Source: Pseudobdellovibrionaceae bacterium | GTDB taxonomy: Bacteria > Bdellovibrionota > Bdellovibrionia > Bdellovibrionales > UBA1609 | Length of the DNA: 62,081 bases | Assembly (NCBI GenBank): GCA_030591685.1 | Contig: JAUVAX010000012.1 | Location: forward strand, 1-62,081 | Direction: 5' to 3' | Shown here: positions 1-10,366 of the stretch, piece by piece | Position numbering within the stretch: position 1 is the stretch's first letter | Layout of the letters: each line of letters begins with the position of its first letter | Made by a program: the position numbers and the translations under genes | The notes under the pieces: model-generated | The model's database searches: none | What the model saw: only the letters and a program-made list of their open reading frames with translations | What the model was told of the DNA's origin: nothing

Positions 1-72
1 ACTAAGAAAAAAGCTAAGAAAAAAGTAGCTAAGAAAAAGGCCACTAAAAAAACTACACGTAGAAAAAAGTAA
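1..72 (+). CDS. 3' end of a protein with a Lys/Ala-rich, histone H1-like tail (partial)
   Basis: Frame 1 reads TKKKAKKKVAKKKATKKTTRRKK then TAA at 70-72, followed by a terminator. Confidence 0.6.
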   Translation, partial: TKKKAKKKVAKKKATKKTTRRKK

Positions 73-92
73 TTTAGTTTTTATAACTAAAT

Positions 93-132
93 AACAAAAA
101 AACCCTCGGCATATGTCGGGGGTTTTTTTGTT
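93..132. terminator. Bidirectional intrinsic terminator
   Basis: AACAAAAAAACCCTCGGC-atat-GTCGGGGGTTTTTTTGTT hairpin with A/T tracts between convergent genes. Confidence 0.85.
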
Positions 133-150
133 TATAACTACCTGTAATTA

Positions 151-732
151 TTAGAAATAATACGTATATCCAACAGACCCTACGGCCGCCGAGGCAAAAT
201 CGTCTATGCTTACTAAGAGCAATATCTCTGCCGAAACAGACGAGCCCGCCCATGGCCCCTTTAAGTGCATGTATTGAACTCCAAATCCTGGGTAAATAAT
301 ATTTTTAGAGAATCTCCCGTTTTTTTCGCTCTCTGATAAAAATTTATCAGCTAAAAATTCAGGGCTAGATGAAGTAAAATCTCTTTCTGCACGACTGGCC
401 GTAAACCACCGACTCACCCCTGCTGTTATAAAGGGCAAAAAGTTTTGTCCGCCTATATATTTTTTAAACTGCACGTTCATGGCCTGATACCCACTGCCCA
501 TACCAAAACCAACCGAGGTGCTGAAGTCTGGTTGAAAGTTAAGTTCCAACCCTATTCCGTAAGACCCTAATGCCCCTCCGGCCTGTACTCCCAGCCCTAC
601 TTTCCTTAATTCTCTCATCTTTAGTCCTGTGCCTGCAATTTTCTGGTAAGAGGTCGAGCTTTTAGCAAAACGTGCTCCCCATACGTTTGTTGCTACGGCA
701 AAAGTTAAAAGTAAAATAATGATTTTTTTCAA
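151..732 (-). CDS. Exported protein, probable small outer-membrane beta-barrel
   Basis: Signal peptide, Gly/aromatic amphipathic strands, C-terminal GYTYYF beta-signal; directly downstream of mlaD. Confidence 0.6.
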   Translation of the reverse strand: MKKIIILLLTFAVATNVWGARFAKSSTSYQKIAGTGLKMRELRKVGLGVQAGGALGSYGIGLELNFQPDFSTSVGFGMGSGYQAMNVQFKKYIGGQNFLPFITAGVSRWFTASRAERDFTSSSPEFLADKFLSESEKNGRFSKNIIYPGFGVQYMHLKGPWAGSSVSAEILLLVSIDDFASAAVGSVGYTYYF

Positions 733-756
733 AGCGTTCTTCTCCTTAACAGTGAA

Positions 757-1533
757 TTAAAATAATCGGGCCTTTATACCCTCTTCTTGTAGAAAATTCG
801 AAATGGCCTTGGCGTCTAGGTTTTTCAGTCGACCTATCAGTTCATTTATTAATTTTAATGTTTTTTGCCCCTCAGTGGTTCTTAACTTTGAAGAAAAATA
901 GGCTAAATCATCAATAAGTTGAGCTGAGTTTTGTACAAGGCCCTGGACCTCTTTTTGACCCGAAACTCGATCCATATTTTTTAATAGCTTATTTAAATTT
1001 ACGACTAATGAGTTTACGGTAGTGATTGTTTCAAAGATTGAACCCTCATTTTTTTCAACAATTTCTATAATTTTTCCAGCCAGTCCATAGCTTTGTGAAA
1101 TCAACTGATCAATGCGTGGAGGGTCCTCTCCGCGCACAAGCTGTCCGTCGATTAATAATTTTTCACTAGAGGCTCCCGGGGTGATCTCTAAAAACTTCTC
1201 ACCAATGACTCCTGCTAAATTAATGTAAAACTGAGAGTCTTGCCTTATGATTTTCCAGGCCTTTTTACTCACAGAGATGACGACTGTTAACTTAACCTCT
1301 TCACCATTTGGCATTTTTTGACCTGAAGAAAATAATATTTTTTTTACCTTACCAACCTTGATCCCCATCACACGGACAGGGGAGCCCACCTCTATCCCGC
1401 CGGCAAAATTAAAGGCCACATTAATATTTAAAGAGCTTGAGAACGGGTTAATGACCCCTAAAAGGTAAGCAAAGACAACGACCATAGCTATTGTAACTAA
1501 AAATATTGCGCCTACTTTTGTCTCTGCCTTCAT
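757..1533 (-). CDS. mlaD: MlaD/MCE-domain lipid transport protein
   Basis: N-terminal TM, GIEVGSPVRVMGIKVGKV and GVIGEKFLEITPG MCE motifs, helical C-terminus. Confidence 0.9.
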   Translation of the reverse strand: MKAETKVGAIFLVTIAMVVVFAYLLGVINPFSSSLNINVAFNFAGGIEVGSPVRVMGIKVGKVKKILFSSGQKMPNGEEVKLTVVISVSKKAWKIIRQDSQFYINLAGVIGEKFLEITPGASSEKLLIDGQLVRGEDPPRIDQLISQSYGLAGKIIEIVEKNEGSIFETITTVNSLVVNLNKLLKNMDRVSGQKEVQGLVQNSAQLIDDLAYFSSKLRTTEGQKTLKLINELIGRLKNLDAKAISNFLQEEGIKARLF

Positions 1534-1704
1534 GATGATGTCACCTGCTGTTTATGCCGAATTTAATATAACTTCTATTATATAGACAAAACTTAAATTT
1601 ATTCATTGAAGAATTTTTGTAATTAACATTATGTCGCTTTGAGTTATATTGACTGCCTCTTAGGGTTGTGACAGTTTATTGGGATCAAAAAAGGGAGTCT
1701 TAAG

Positions 1705-3192
1705 TTGAGCGAAAATACACCTGAACAAATAAAACAGCGCTACGAAACACGTGAACATTTTTTAAGTGTCAATGTGAACCCTTACAAAAATAATTTAGCT
1801 CCCACACACTTCTCGCAACAAATTATTGATGAATTCGATAAGTTTGATCGTGAGGAGTTATCAGAGCATGAGTATAAGTGTTCTGTTGCCGGACGTGTAA
1901 TGATGCTTAGAAGCTTCGGAAAAAGTGCTTTTTTAAAGCTTCGTGATAAAGATGGTGAAATCCAAATTTTTATTGAAAAAAAATCTATTTCTGAGGAACA
2001 ATTCGCCACTTTTAAAAAAATTCAGGTCGGTGATATCGTCTATGGCTCTGGCTTTTTATTTAGAACAAAAACAAACCATCTCACCGTCCATGTCACCGAC
2101 TTTTCTTTATTAACTAAATCCCTAAGGCCACTACCTGAAAAATTCCACGGCCTTAAGGACGTCGAAACCAGGTACAGACAACGCTATATTGACCTCGTAA
2201 TGAACCCTGAGGTTAAAAAAACTTTTGAAATGCGTTCAAAAATAACTACTGAGCTAAGGAGCTTTTTAATAGATCGTCAGTATCTCGAGGTAGAAACGCC
2301 TATGCTCCACTCTATACAAGGCGGGACCATTGCAAAGCCATTTAAAACTCACCATAACACCTTAGATATGCCATTGTTTTTAAGAATCGCCCCCGAGCTT
2401 TACCTAAAGCGCCTCGTTGTTGGGGGGATGGATCGAGTTTTTGAGATCAACCGTTGTTTTAGAAACGAGGGGATTTCTGTAAAGCATAACCCAGAATTTA
2501 CGCTCTTAGAGTTCTACCAGGCTTATGCCACATATGAGGACCTCATCCCCCTCACTCAGGAGATGATTCAACATGTTTGCGATAAAGTCTTAGGGCGAAG
2601 AAACGTTGTCTACCAGGGGACTGAAATTAACTTTGATGGGGACTGGGCCGTTTTAACCGTTGAAGATGCCATTATGAAATATACTGACTTTCCAAGCAAG
2701 GACACCCTTAGAGAGCGCGAGAGTATCATGAAATACGGGACCTCAAAAAAACTGCCCATGAATCCAAAGTCCTCTACTGGGGATTTAATGATGGTTATTT
2801 TTGACGAACTTGTCGAAGAGCACCTTATTGAACCTACTTTTATCACTCATCACCCTGTTGATGTTTCTCCTCTGGCTAGAAAAAGCGAAACCGACCCCTT
2901 TGTTGTTGACCGTTTTGAGCTGTATATTTATGGGCGAGAAATCGCCAATGCCTTTTCTGAGCTCAATGATCCCGTTGATCAAAAAGAACGCTTTGAAAAA
3001 CAAATGGAAGAAAAACTGAAAGGCAACGACGAGGCCTGCGACATGGATGAGGATTACATTAGAGCCCTTGAGTATGGCCTTCCACCAACGGCCGGAGAGG
3101 GCATTGGTATTGACCGCCTCGTTATGCTTTTTACTGACTCGGCGAGTATTCGAGACGTGATACTGTTCCCTCTATTAAAGGCTGAGCATTAA
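1705..3192 (+). CDS. lysS: Lysine--tRNA ligase (class II)
   Basis: LRPLPEKFHGL, RYRQRY, LRIAPELYLKRL, FRNEG, YGLPPTAGEGIGIDRL motifs; TTG start. Confidence 0.98.
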   Translation: MSENTPEQIKQRYETREHFLSVNVNPYKNNLAPTHFSQQIIDEFDKFDREELSEHEYKCSVAGRVMMLRSFGKSAFLKLRDKDGEIQIFIEKKSISEEQFATFKKIQVGDIVYGSGFLFRTKTNHLTVHVTDFSLLTKSLRPLPEKFHGLKDVETRYRQRYIDLVMNPEVKKTFEMRSKITTELRSFLIDRQYLEVETPMLHSIQGGTIAKPFKTHHNTLDMPLFLRIAPELYLKRLVVGGMDRVFEINRCFRNEGISVKHNPEFTLLEFYQAYATYEDLIPLTQEMIQHVCDKVLGRRNVVYQGTEINFDGDWAVLTVEDAIMKYTDFPSKDTLRERESIMKYGTSKKLPMNPKSSTGDLMMVIFDELVEEHLIEPTFITHHPVDVSPLARKSETDPFVVDRFELYIYGREIANAFSELNDPVDQKERFEKQMEEKLKGNDEACDMDEDYIRALEYGLPPTAGEGIGIDRLVMLFTDSASIRDVILFPLLKAEH

Positions 3193-3201
3193 ATATTTTT
3201 A

Positions 3202-3975
3202 TTAGTAAAAGTTTGTAAACACCCACGAGAGCAAAAAATCTAAGCCTATAATGGCCACACTCGACACAACAACACTGTTTGTTGTTGCGCGACCAACCCC
3301 TTCGGGGCCCGCCTGGCAGCGAAGGCCAAAGTAGCAACTCACTAAAGGGATCACTCCGCCAAATACAGCCCCTTTAATGCATGAAAAGCATAAATCTTGC
3401 ATCTCTACAAAGCCGCGAATAGATGTTAAAAATAGTCCTGCCGAATAGCCTAGCTTTATTTGACTCACAAGCATGGCTACATACAAACAAATTAAATTTG
3501 CAATAAGGCTTAGTACAGCCCCCCCCAAAATACACGCTATAAACCGAGGGACAACGATATATTTGACGGGGTCCATGCCTAGCATTTTAAAAGCATCTAT
3601 TTGCTCTGTCACCTTCATGGTGCCCACTTCTGCTGCGATGCCCGCTCCCACTCTGGAGGTCACAAGAAGTAACGCGACAACGACCCCTAACTCTCTTAAA
3701 ATCAAAAGAGCCGCAAACCCCGGCACTAACGAGTCATTTTTTACCACTATTTTCATATGAAACGAGGATTCAACTATGGTCACTGCCGCGGCAGAGCAAA
3801 CACAAAATGCAACAATGGGTGCTGATTCATTTAAAACAAAATGTAGCTGTTTTATGATCTCTTTAACCCTAAAGGGTCTAGTAAATATTTTGTTAATTGT
3901 CTGATACAAAAGAAACCAAAAGCCCAATGAAGTATTATAGCTGTGTATTAAAAATCTCCCTGTTGCAGCCACCAT
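3202..3975 (-). CDS. mlaE: MlaE-family ABC permease
   Basis: RELG, AEVGTMKVTEQIDA, VVPRF, GVGRATT motifs. Confidence 0.92.
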   Translation of the reverse strand: MVAATGRFLIHSYNTSLGFWFLLYQTINKIFTRPFRVKEIIKQLHFVLNESAPIVAFCVCSAAAVTIVESSFHMKIVVKNDSLVPGFAALLILRELGVVVALLLVTSRVGAGIAAEVGTMKVTEQIDAFKMLGMDPVKYIVVPRFIACILGGAVLSLIANLICLYVAMLVSQIKLGYSAGLFLTSIRGFVEMQDLCFSCIKGAVFGGVIPLVSCYFGLRCQAGPEGVGRATTNSVVVSSVAIIGLDFLLSWVFTNFY

Positions 3976-4004
3976 GAAAAAAACACTCCTTAAGTATTAA
4001 AATT

Positions 4005-4778
4005 CTAATAAAAAATTATAACACCAACCGCCTCAGAAACGACGCTTGTTAACCAGTCCGCAATCACTATCCCCACCATGGTCCCTACGGCCGTATTTAT
4101 TACCGCCCGACCAACACCTTTAGCCCCACCAAAAGCCGTATAACCTTTAAACGTACAAACACTGGCGATTAAAAGTGAAAATACAAAGCTCTTAAACAGA
4201 CCTAAAGAAATTGATGGCCAAGATACTACTGTTGGCACGTGCCTCATGTACTCTTCAGGGCTAATGCCCGAAAAAAGAACTCCTAAAATTAAACCACCTA
4301 CAATCGACATTAACATACCAATGGCTAATAAAAAAAAGCTTGAAATAACAATACCAATAAACCGAGGGAGAACTATTTCTTGTATAGGATTTGCCCCTAG
4401 GCACTTTATGGCGTCAATTTGTTCTGTAACCCTCATGGTGCCCAGCTCTGCTGAGGTGAACGCTCCAATTTTACCACTTAACATAAATGCGATAAGTAAC
4501 GGACCAATTTCACGTATTGTAGCGCTTGTTGATATCCCTCCTAAAAAACCTAAGGCCCCAAACCCTTTAACTTGCATAGTAAACTGTACTGTCATAACAG
4601 CGCCAACAAAAAAACCGGCCAACGCTGTGGTTACAGCTCCCTGCTGGGTGACCCGCCATGTTTGTTCAAAAATATCTTTTCTTTTGCAGGGGCTATGTTT
4701 TGCTGTGTACAAAATTCGGCCTAAAAACATCACTCCCAAGCCAACATCAGATACAATATTTTTTAAAGAACCTCGCAC
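4005..4778 (-). CDS. mlaE: MlaE-family ABC permease (second paralogue)
   Basis: REIGP, AELGTMRVTEQIDA, GAKGVGRA motifs. Confidence 0.92.
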   Translation of the reverse strand: MRGSLKNIVSDVGLGVMFLGRILYTAKHSPCKRKDIFEQTWRVTQQGAVTTALAGFFVGAVMTVQFTMQVKGFGALGFLGGISTSATIREIGPLLIAFMLSGKIGAFTSAELGTMRVTEQIDAIKCLGANPIQEIVLPRFIGIVISSFFLLAIGMLMSIVGGLILGVLFSGISPEEYMRHVPTVVSWPSISLGLFKSFVFSLLIASVCTFKGYTAFGGAKGVGRAVINTAVGTMVGIVIADWLTSVVSEAVGVIIFY

Positions 4779-4779
4779 T

Positions 4780-5505
4780 TTAACGAACCTCCATTAAAAA
4801 ATCTTTTACAAGAGGTATAGTGCTTTTAACTAATTCTTTTGGCGAACCTTGAGCGACAATTTGGCCACCATCTAAAACAATGATTCGATCCGCAATATCT
4901 AATGCACAACTAATGTCATGACTAACAACAACCGAGGTGGTGTTGAGTTCGCGAGATAAATCAAATATTAATTTGTTAATCACATTTGTTGTCACTGGGT
5001 CTAAGCCAGTGGTGGGCTCGTCAAAAAGTAAAATTTTAGGCACAACAGCTAATGTTCGAGCCAGGCTGACTCTTTTTTGCATCCCAAAAGACAACTCTTG
5101 AGGCCACTTATGCTCAACACCCTTGAGTTGAACAAGCCTAAGGCTTTCTTTGACTCGCCGATCAATTTCAGCTTCGTCAAAACTGCTGTTTCTCCTGAGC
5201 CCAAAGGCGATATTCTCAAAAACAGTGAATGACTCAAAAAGGGCTGGGCTTTGAAGAACCATCCCGCATTTTTTTCGAACTTCGTAGTATTGACTCTCTT
5301 TGAATCCAGAAATGTCCTCTCCAGCGACAAACAGCTGCCCTGATGTGGGCCGCATTAAGCCCACAATATTTTTTAATAAAACTGATTTTCCAGTCCCCGA
5401 CATGCCAAGAATAAAAACAATTTCACCCTTATTCACTTTAAAAGTTAAGCCCTTTAAGATCTCTTTGTTTCCGAAATTTTTTTTAAAGTTTACAAATTCA
5501 ATCAT
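4780..5505 (-). CDS. mlaF: MlaF-family ABC ATPase
   Basis: Walker A GMSGTGKS, signature LSFGMQKR, DEPTTGLDP. Confidence 0.9.
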   Translation of the reverse strand: MIEFVNFKKNFGNKEILKGLTFKVNKGEIVFILGMSGTGKSVLLKNIVGLMRPTSGQLFVAGEDISGFKESQYYEVRKKCGMVLQSPALFESFTVFENIAFGLRRNSSFDEAEIDRRVKESLRLVQLKGVEHKWPQELSFGMQKRVSLARTLAVVPKILLFDEPTTGLDPVTTNVINKLIFDLSRELNTTSVVVSHDISCALDIADRIIVLDGGQIVAQGSPKELVKSTIPLVKDFLMEVR

Positions 5506-6253
5506 TGAAGTCCCTCGTGAGCGGACCCTTTAGTTGACCATTAATAAATTGCTGCACCCTTTTGTCGGGATGGTTCTTTGTCTGCTCAACACTGCCGGTG
5601 ACAATGAGCTCGCCATCAATAACCACACCTAGTCGGTCGGCCATTTCAAAGGCCCTGTTCATATTGTTTGTAATTGTTACTAGGGTGGACTTTTGCTGGC
5701 TTTTCATGTCTTTGATTAAAGTGATAATTTTTCGACTTGTTATGGGGTCAAGACCTGCTGTGGGATCGTCGTATAAAACAATTTTAGGCGTTAATGATAA
5801 CGCCCTTGCAATGCCGAGGCGCTTTTGCATACCACCACTGATTTCATCTGGATACAGCGCTTTTGCCTCTAAGATCCCTACGGCCTCTAAGTACCTATCC
5901 ACAATGGTGTCTGCCTGTTTTTCATTAAGGCCTCGGACCTCCATCAGCGGAAAGGCTATGTTCTCCCCCACGGTCATAGAGTCAAAAAGAGCATTTTTTT
6001 GAAATAGCATTCCCATGTTGAACATAATTTCATGCTTTTCTAACTCTGTTAAGCCCGCCATGTCGTGGCCGGCAATAATAACTTGCCCCTCCGTTGGGGG
6101 CATAATCCCTGCGATGACTTTCAACAAAATGGACTTTCCGTGACCACTGGGGCCTAAGAGAACAAAGGACTCTTCATCTTTAATTTGTAAATTGACGCCA
6201 GACAACAGCGTTGTGCTTTTAAAGCCTATGCCTAGATTTTTTAGATGAATCAT
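5498..6253 (-). CDS. mlaF: MlaF-family ABC ATPase (second paralogue)
   Basis: Walker A GPSGHGKS, ISGGMQKR, YDDPTAGLDP; overlaps the next gene by 8 nt. Confidence 0.9.
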   Translation of the reverse strand: MIHLKNLGIGFKSTTLLSGVNLQIKDEESFVLLGPSGHGKSILLKVIAGIMPPTEGQVIIAGHDMAGLTELEKHEIMFNMGMLFQKNALFDSMTVGENIAFPLMEVRGLNEKQADTIVDRYLEAVGILEAKALYPDEISGGMQKRLGIARALSLTPKIVLYDDPTAGLDPITSRKIITLIKDMKSQQKSTLVTITNNMNRAFEMADRLGVVIDGELIVTGSVEQTKNHPDKRVQQFINGQLKGPLTRDFND

Positions 6254-6259
6254 CGAAAT

Positions 6260-6288
6260 ATTATTTCAAGTTCCGAGTCAAATAGCAA
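6260..6288 (-). promoter_or_regulatory. Putative sigma70 promoter of the mlaF operon (leaderless geometry)
   Basis: TTGCTA-17nt-AATAAT, then 6 nt, then the ATG at 6253. Confidence 0.45.
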
Positions 6289-6571
6289 AACAACACTCAC
6301 ATTCAGGAGCAATAGGTTGTGCGCTGCAAAAATCACCCTCCCCGTCCACTTGACCCGTAATTAAAGCCCATGTGTTAGGCTCTATCGGCCCTCTGACAAT
6401 GAATTGAGCAGGGGCATCATGCCCACCATTTTAAGTTAACTCTTAGGGCCATCTTTGCTATAAAAAACGTTCATTAGCTCTTGTGGGTTTTAATTTAATA
6501 CTGAACGCTCATTGCTATGAAAACATTTAAAACTCAACCTCTTAATTATTAGCTCTGAAAGGTACACGCTC

Positions 6572-7519
6572 ATGGGTCATACTCGAAAAAAAATAACTGT
6601 TATTGGTGCTGGTTTTGTAGGCTCTACTGCGGCTCATTGGGCCGCAAGTAAAGAACTCGGAGACGTCGTTTTATTAGACATCAACGAAGGCACAGCTAAG
6701 GGCAAGGCCCTGGACCTTTTCGAGGCCTCTCCTGTAAACTTGGGCTTTGATTCTAACATTATAGGTACTAGCGATTACAAAAAATCAGCCCATTCAGATG
6801 TTGTTATCATAACCGCCGGCATACCCCGAAAACCGGGCATGAGCCGTGATGATTTACTCGCAACAAACGCTAAGATTATGAAATCATGCTGTGAAGGCGT
6901 CAAAGAGCACTCCCCTGACGCCGTTGTTATTATTGTCAGCAACCCCTTAGATGCCATGTGTACTGTCGCTAAAGAAACTTTGGGCTTCGCGCCCGAAAAA
7001 GTGATCGGTATGGCCGGAATCTTAGACAGCGCACGGTTTAGAAGCTTTATTGCTGAAGCGGCAAATGTCAGCGTAAAAGATGTCCACGCATTTGTATTAG
7101 GTGGACACGGCGACACAATGGTCCCTATGCCAAGACACTGCTCCATTGGTGGCGCCCCATTAACTCACTTTTTATCTGAAGAAAAAATAAATGAAATTGT
7201 TGTTCGCACCAGAAAAGGGGGCGCTGAAATCGTGGGCCTCTTAAAAACAGGGTCCGCCTACTATGCCCCTTCTGCCAGTGCTGTCGAAATGGCTGAGGCC
7301 ATTTTAAAAGATCAAAAACGAATTTTACCCTGCGCGGCCTTTTTACAGGGCGAGTACGGAGTTAAAGGGCTTTACTTAGGCGTTTTATGTAAGCTCGGCG
7401 GAAACGGCATGGAAGGCGTCATTGAAGTCGACCTCAATGCCGAAGAAAGTGCCGGACTTGAAAACTCCGTCGCCGCAGTCAAGGACCTCGTCGGGGCCCT
7501 TGAGAAGTTAAATTATTAA
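6572..7519 (+). CDS. mdh: Malate dehydrogenase (LDH-like)
   Basis: [29 protein letters not shown] motifs; adjacent to sucCD. Confidence 0.96.
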   Translation: MGHTRKKITVIGAGFVGSTAAHWAASKELGDVVLLDINEGTAKGKALDLFEASPVNLGFDSNIIGTSDYKKSAHSDVVIITAGIPRKPGMSRDDLLATNAKIMKSCCEGVKEHSPDAVVIIVSNPLDAMCTVAKETLGFAPEKVIGMAGILDSARFRSFIAEAANVSVKDVHAFVLGGHGDTMVPMPRHCSIGGAPLTHFLSEEKINEIVVRTRKGGAEIVGLLKTGSAYYAPSASAVEMAEAILKDQKRILPCAAFLQGEYGVKGLYLGVLCKLGGNGMEGVIEVDLNAEESAGLENSVAAVKDLVGALEKLNY

Positions 7520-7623
7520 TTTACTCTTTTTTAAAAAATGGCCTCAAAAGCGATTAATTACAAGCGAGTGGGCCGCACCCCTTAACAATAGCCCCTCAAC
7601 ACCCAAGGTAAATCGGAGTTATA

Positions 7624-8793
7624 ATGAACATACATGAGTATCAAGCCAAAGAGGTTTTAAGAAAATTTGGGGTGCCAACCCTGCAAGGACACTCCTGTGA
7701 GAGTGTTGATGAGGCTGTCGCCTCTGCCGAAAAACTGGGGGGCAGCGTTTGGGTGGTCAAAGCACAAATACATGCTGGCGGCCGTGGCAAAGGGGGCGGG
7801 GTTAAAGTCGCTAAATCTCTTGAAGAAGTAAAAACTTTTGCTAGTGATATTTTGGGCATGCAACTCGTTACTCATCAAACAGGGCCTGAGGGCAAAAAGG
7901 TTAACAAGATTTTTGTTGAACAAGGTTGCGATATCGAAAAAGAGTATTATGTCGCTGCCCTTGTTGACCGAGCCACTGGGCGCGTAACAATGATGGCCAG
8001 CTCTGAAGGGGGCATGGACATTGAGGAAGTTGCCGACAAAACCCCTGAAAAAATCCACACCGTTGATGTGTTCCCCGAAACAGGCTTGGCCCCCTTTCAG
8101 GCCCGACAACTTGCCTTTAAAATTGGGATGCGCGGCAAGACCGTTAGCAAGGCCGTCAAAGCCTTTACTAGCCTTTATAATGCTTTTGAAAATACGGACT
8201 GCGCTTTAGCTGAAATTAACCCCTTAGTTACAACCGGTTCTGGTGATGTTGTTGCCCTTGATGCTAAAATGAATTTTGACTCTAACGCTCTTTACCGACA
8301 CACCGACATCGCTGAATACCGTGACCTCACCGAAGAGGACCCCGCCGAGTACGAAGCCTCAAAACATGACCTTGCTTTTATAAAACTAGATGGGAGCATC
8401 GGGTGCCTTGTAAACGGCGCTGGTCTTGCAATGGCAACAATGGACGTTATTAAAATCCACGGCGGCGAGCCCGCAAATTTCTTAGACGTTGGTGGCGGCG
8501 CCACAAAAGAAAAGGTTACGGAGGCCTTTAAAATTATTCTCGGTGACAAAAATGTAAAAGGAATTTTAGTTAATATTTTTGGTGGGATCATGAAGTGCGA
8601 CATCATTGCCGAAGGGGTCATCGCCGCAACAAAAGAGCTGGGTCTAAACGTCCCCCTTGTTGTGCGACTACAGGGGACCAATGTAGACCTGGGCAAAAGC
8701 ATACTGGCTAAAAGTGATTTAAACATTGTCGCTGCAGACGACCTTTCTGATGCTGCTAATAAAATTGTAAACGCCGTAAAGGGAGCCCAGTAA
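7624..8793 (+). CDS. sucC: Succinyl-CoA synthetase beta subunit
   Basis: [41 protein letters not shown] motifs. Confidence 0.98.
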   Translation: MNIHEYQAKEVLRKFGVPTLQGHSCESVDEAVASAEKLGGSVWVVKAQIHAGGRGKGGGVKVAKSLEEVKTFASDILGMQLVTHQTGPEGKKVNKIFVEQGCDIEKEYYVAALVDRATGRVTMMASSEGGMDIEEVADKTPEKIHTVDVFPETGLAPFQARQLAFKIGMRGKTVSKAVKAFTSLYNAFENTDCALAEINPLVTTGSGDVVALDAKMNFDSNALYRHTDIAEYRDLTEEDPAEYEASKHDLAFIKLDGSIGCLVNGAGLAMATMDVIKIHGGEPANFLDVGGGATKEKVTEAFKIILGDKNVKGILVNIFGGIMKCDIIAEGVIAATKELGLNVPLVVRLQGTNVDLGKSILAKSDLNIVAADDLSDAANKIVNAVKGAQ

Positions 8794-9662
8794 TGTCTAT
8801 TTTAGTTAACAATAATACAAAAGTAATTTGCCAAGGCTTTACCGGGGCACAGGGCACCTTTCACTCTGAACAGGCCATTTCCTACGGGACTAAAATGGTC
8901 GGCGGTGTGACGCCCAACAAGGGGGGCGGCACACATTTGGATCTCCCCATTTTTAATACTGTCGAAGAGGCCGTTGAAACCACCGGAGCCAACGCCAGTG
9001 TTGTTTATGTCCCCCCACCATTTGCTGCTGACGCCATTATGGAGGCCGCCGATGCTGGACTTGATTTAGTTATTTGCATCACCGAGGGCATACCTATAAT
9101 GGACATGGTCCGAGTGAAACGCTACATGGAGGGGAAGAAAACAAGACTTATCGGCCCCAACTGCCCAGGGGTAATCACCCCTGGAGAGTGTAAAATTGGC
9201 ATAATGCCCGGACATATCCATAAGCCCGGCCGCATAGGTGTGCTTTCAAGATCCGGAACCCTAACCTATGAGGCGGTTTGGCAACTCAGCCAACTGGGCC
9301 TTGGCCAAAGCACATGTGTCGGCATTGGTGGGGACCCCGTAAATGGGACAAATTTTATAGATATTCTCGATCTCTATAACGGCGACAAGGACACCGATGC
9401 TGTTATTATGATTGGTGAAATCGGAGGAACTGCTGAAGAAGAAGCGGCCGAATATATTAAGCGAGAATTTAAAAAGCCCGTTACCTGTTTTATTGCCGGC
9501 GCCACGGCCCCTCCCGGAAAGCAAATGGGGCATGCCGGAGCTATTATCAGCGGCGGCAAGGGCACTGCTGAGGCCAAATTTGAAGCCCTACAGTCTGCTG
9601 GCTGCAGCATTGCAAGAAGCCCTGCAGACTTAGGAACGACCCTCAGAGACTCAATACAGTAG
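8793..9662 (+). CDS. sucD: Succinyl-CoA synthetase alpha subunit
   Basis: [27 protein letters not shown] motifs. Confidence 0.98.
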   Translation: MSILVNNNTKVICQGFTGAQGTFHSEQAISYGTKMVGGVTPNKGGGTHLDLPIFNTVEEAVETTGANASVVYVPPPFAADAIMEAADAGLDLVICITEGIPIMDMVRVKRYMEGKKTRLIGPNCPGVITPGECKIGIMPGHIHKPGRIGVLSRSGTLTYEAVWQLSQLGLGQSTCVGIGGDPVNGTNFIDILDLYNGDKDTDAVIMIGEIGGTAEEEAAEYIKREFKKPVTCFIAGATAPPGKQMGHAGAIISGGKGTAEAKFEALQSAGCSIARSPADLGTTLRDSIQ

Positions 9663-9855
9663 ATTATTTTTTATAGCGCCCTTAAAAGGGCTTTATTGAG
9701 TACGATCTACTGGTGACGAGCCTTTTTATCTATTTTTTCACTCACTTAAATCAAACTCTTTATCAGGCATTTCGTCGATAAAGTTTGCCTTTAACTACGA
9801 GCAATTGTAGTTTGGGGTCGAATTTTAAAAACCGAACAAACCCACGGGAGGCCAA

Positions 9856-10281
9856 ATGGCTATCGAAAAAACTTTCAGCATAATTAAACCCAACGCTGTT
9901 AAAAAAAATGTAATTGGTAAAATCATCACTCACTTTGAAGACAATGACCTTAAAATAGCGGCTTCACAATTAATTAACTTAGATCGACCTAAGGCTGAAG
10001 AATTTTATGCCGAGCACAAAGAGCGCCCCTTTTTTGGTGAACTTGTAGATTTTATGACCTCTGGGCCCATTATGATCATGTGCCTCAGCGGAGAAGACGC
10101 TGTTGCAAAAAATCGCAACATCATGGGCGCGACCAACCCGGCAGAAGCCGACGAAGGCACTCTTCGTAAGCTCTATGGTGACAGTCTTGGAGAAAATGCC
10201 GTCCATGGCAGTGACAGCCCCGCCAGTGCTGACAGAGAGCTAGCTTTATTTTTTAGCACCAAAGAGATTTGCAACGCTTAA
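9856..10281 (+). CDS. ndk: Nucleoside diphosphate kinase
   Basis: [20 protein letters not shown] motifs. Confidence 0.98.
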   Translation: MAIEKTFSIIKPNAVKKNVIGKIITHFEDNDLKIAASQLINLDRPKAEEFYAEHKERPFFGELVDFMTSGPIMIMCLSGEDAVAKNRNIMGATNPAEADEGTLRKLYGDSLGENAVHGSDSPASADRELALFFSTKEICNA

Positions 10282-10314
10282 TGGTGTTTATATCTGCACA
10301 ACAAAAATTAACCT

Positions 10315-10347
10315 TAAAAAGGCCTCTATCATCAAGAGGCCTTTTTA
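10315..10347 (+). terminator. Intrinsic terminator after ndk
   Basis: TAAAAAGGCCTCT-7nt-AGAGGCCTTTTTA perfect inverted repeat followed by a T-run. Confidence 0.85.
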
Positions 10348-10366
10348 GTTTTTTTAAACTCAAAAC

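Noticed and set aside
4246..4797. Long antisense ORFs (also 24369-24893, 40309-40794, 45574-46071 and other short ORFs in the track)
   Set aside because: Shadows of well-supported genes on the opposite strand or frame, with no recognisable motifs.
6382..6424. GCCGATAG box and GGGCAT-C-ATGCCC dyad between mlaF and mdh
   Set aside because: The -35 does not fit the spacing seen at the other sites and the dyad was seen only once; too weak to call.
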